A stretch of 64,000 bases of DNA from Nevskia sp. (GTDB lineage Bacteria; Pseudomonadota; Gammaproteobacteria; Nevskiales; Nevskiaceae): contig JAUXYM010000083.1 of the NCBI GenBank assembly GCA_030694365.1, positions 1,901 through 65,900 of the forward strand, written 5' to 3'. A program made the position numbers and the translations under genes. The notes under the pieces are model-generated. The model did no database searches, was not told the DNA's origin, and saw only the letters and a program-made list of their open reading frames with translations. Of the stretch, positions 63,113-64,000 are shown one piece after another. Positions within the stretch are counted from its first letter, which is position 1, and every line of letters starts with the position of its first letter.

Positions 63113-64000
63113 GTGAGTACTTTGAAATACCGCGCGACTGCGGTCGCGCGGGTTCTGCTGCTGTTGCTGCGCTGCCTGGTGATCGGCGCGGCGCTGTTGG
63201 TGTCGGTGCAGGACTCCGCAGACGCCTGGTGCGTGCTGATCAATGCCAGCCTGTTCCTGCTGCCGCTGGCGCTGCTGCTGAGCCTGACCGGCCGCTGGGT
63301 CTGGAGCCTGTCGATCGCGGCGGCGTTCGCGCTGTTCATCTACGGCATGGGCGAGCTGAAGTTCGTCTACTTCTACACCCGGCTGATCGTCGCTGACTGG
63401 TCATTCGTGACCGAGCCGGCGAACTGGACCATCGTCCGCCAGTACCCGCGCATCTACACGACTCTGGCCGGCTTCAGCACGGTGCTGCTGCTGCTGATCA
63501 TCGATGCCACCCTGGCCACACCGCGCCGCCCTCGCCTGGCGCGCAGCTTGCGCATCGGTGCCGCCGTGGTGGCGCTGGCGCTGGTCGGCGCGCTGACCGC
63601 GCTGCGGCATCACCACACCTGGGAAGTCTGGCTCGACGACGCCAACTGCAACACCGCGAACAAGTGCGGGGTGGTCAGCCGGCTGCTGTTCTCGCTGCAG
63701 ATCTATGAGTTCGAGGTGCCGCTGCACAAGGGCAATCCGACGCCGTTCCTGACTGCCGAGGTCGCGCTTGGCGAGCAGGCTCGCCCGAGCTTGCCCCTGC
63801 CTCCGGACGTGGTGCTGTGGCTGCACGAATCGACCTTCAACCCGCGCCAGTTCCAGCTACCGGGTGCGGTACTGCCGCCGCTGGCGATGTTCGAGCGCAG
63901 CCCGGAAACCCGGGCGATGGGCTTGCTGCGCACCCATACCTTTGGCGGCAAGACCTGGCTGTCCGAGTTCTCCGTACTCAGCGGCCTGGTGCCGGACGAT
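63113..64000 (+). CDS. LTA-synthase/sulfatase family membrane protein (partial, runs off window end)
   Basis: Manual translation from GTG 63113: several TMs then PDVVLWLHESTFNP and HTFGGKTWLSEF; absent from the ORF track because no stop. Confidence 0.82.
   Translation, partial: MSTLKYRATAVARVLLLLLRCLVIGAALLVSVQDSADAWCVLINASLFLLPLALLLSLTGRWVWSLSIAAAFALFIYGMGELKFVYFYTRLIVADWSFVTEPANWTIVRQYPRIYTTLAGFSTVLLLLIIDATLATPRRPRLARSLRIGAAVVALALVGALTALRHHHTWEVWLDDANCNTANKCGVVSRLLFSLQIYEFEVPLHKGNPTPFLTAEVALGEQARPSLPLPPDVVLWLHESTFNPRQFQLPGAVLPPLAMFERSPETRAMGLLRTHTFGGKTWLSEFSVLSGLVPDD

Overview
GC-rich gammaproteobacterial chromosome window; gene content and style suggest Nevskiales (Nevskia/Solimonas-like), which is an inference. 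The backbone is housekeeping: grxD, sodB, argF, nadC, sppA, trxB, htpG, fadBA, dnaQ, rnhA, gloB, fabI, ppiD, tRNA-Asp/Val, hupB, lon, clpXP, tig, tRNA-Leu, recR, ybaB, dnaX, ffs and manB. Accessory blocks interrupt it: (1) a 9-gene TPR/TPR/TPR-ExbB-ExbD-ExbD-TonB-C operon resembling the Agl-Glt gliding-motor core, between gloB and fabI; (2) a lipoprotein with four Ig-like repeats and a DUF3494 ice-binding-type domain plus an OmpA, inserted between dnaQ and rnhA; (3) an epimerase-flippase-GT2-ArnT operon resembling polyprenyl-P-galacturonate LPS modification, plus HigBA, between dnaX and ffs; (4) hmuUV-like genes coupled to a doubly degenerate Cache-PAS-GGDEF-EAL protein. Small mobile DNA is abundant: three copies of a palindromic element, one interrupted by a 172-bp MITE with an 8-bp target duplication that itself carries a second repeat doublet; a GTAG REP doublet that supplies a stop and a start codon; an IS3 relic; and a recJ 3' fragment. 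No CRISPR array, rRNA, integrase or intact transposase was seen. All family calls come from reading motifs by eye, not from database searches.
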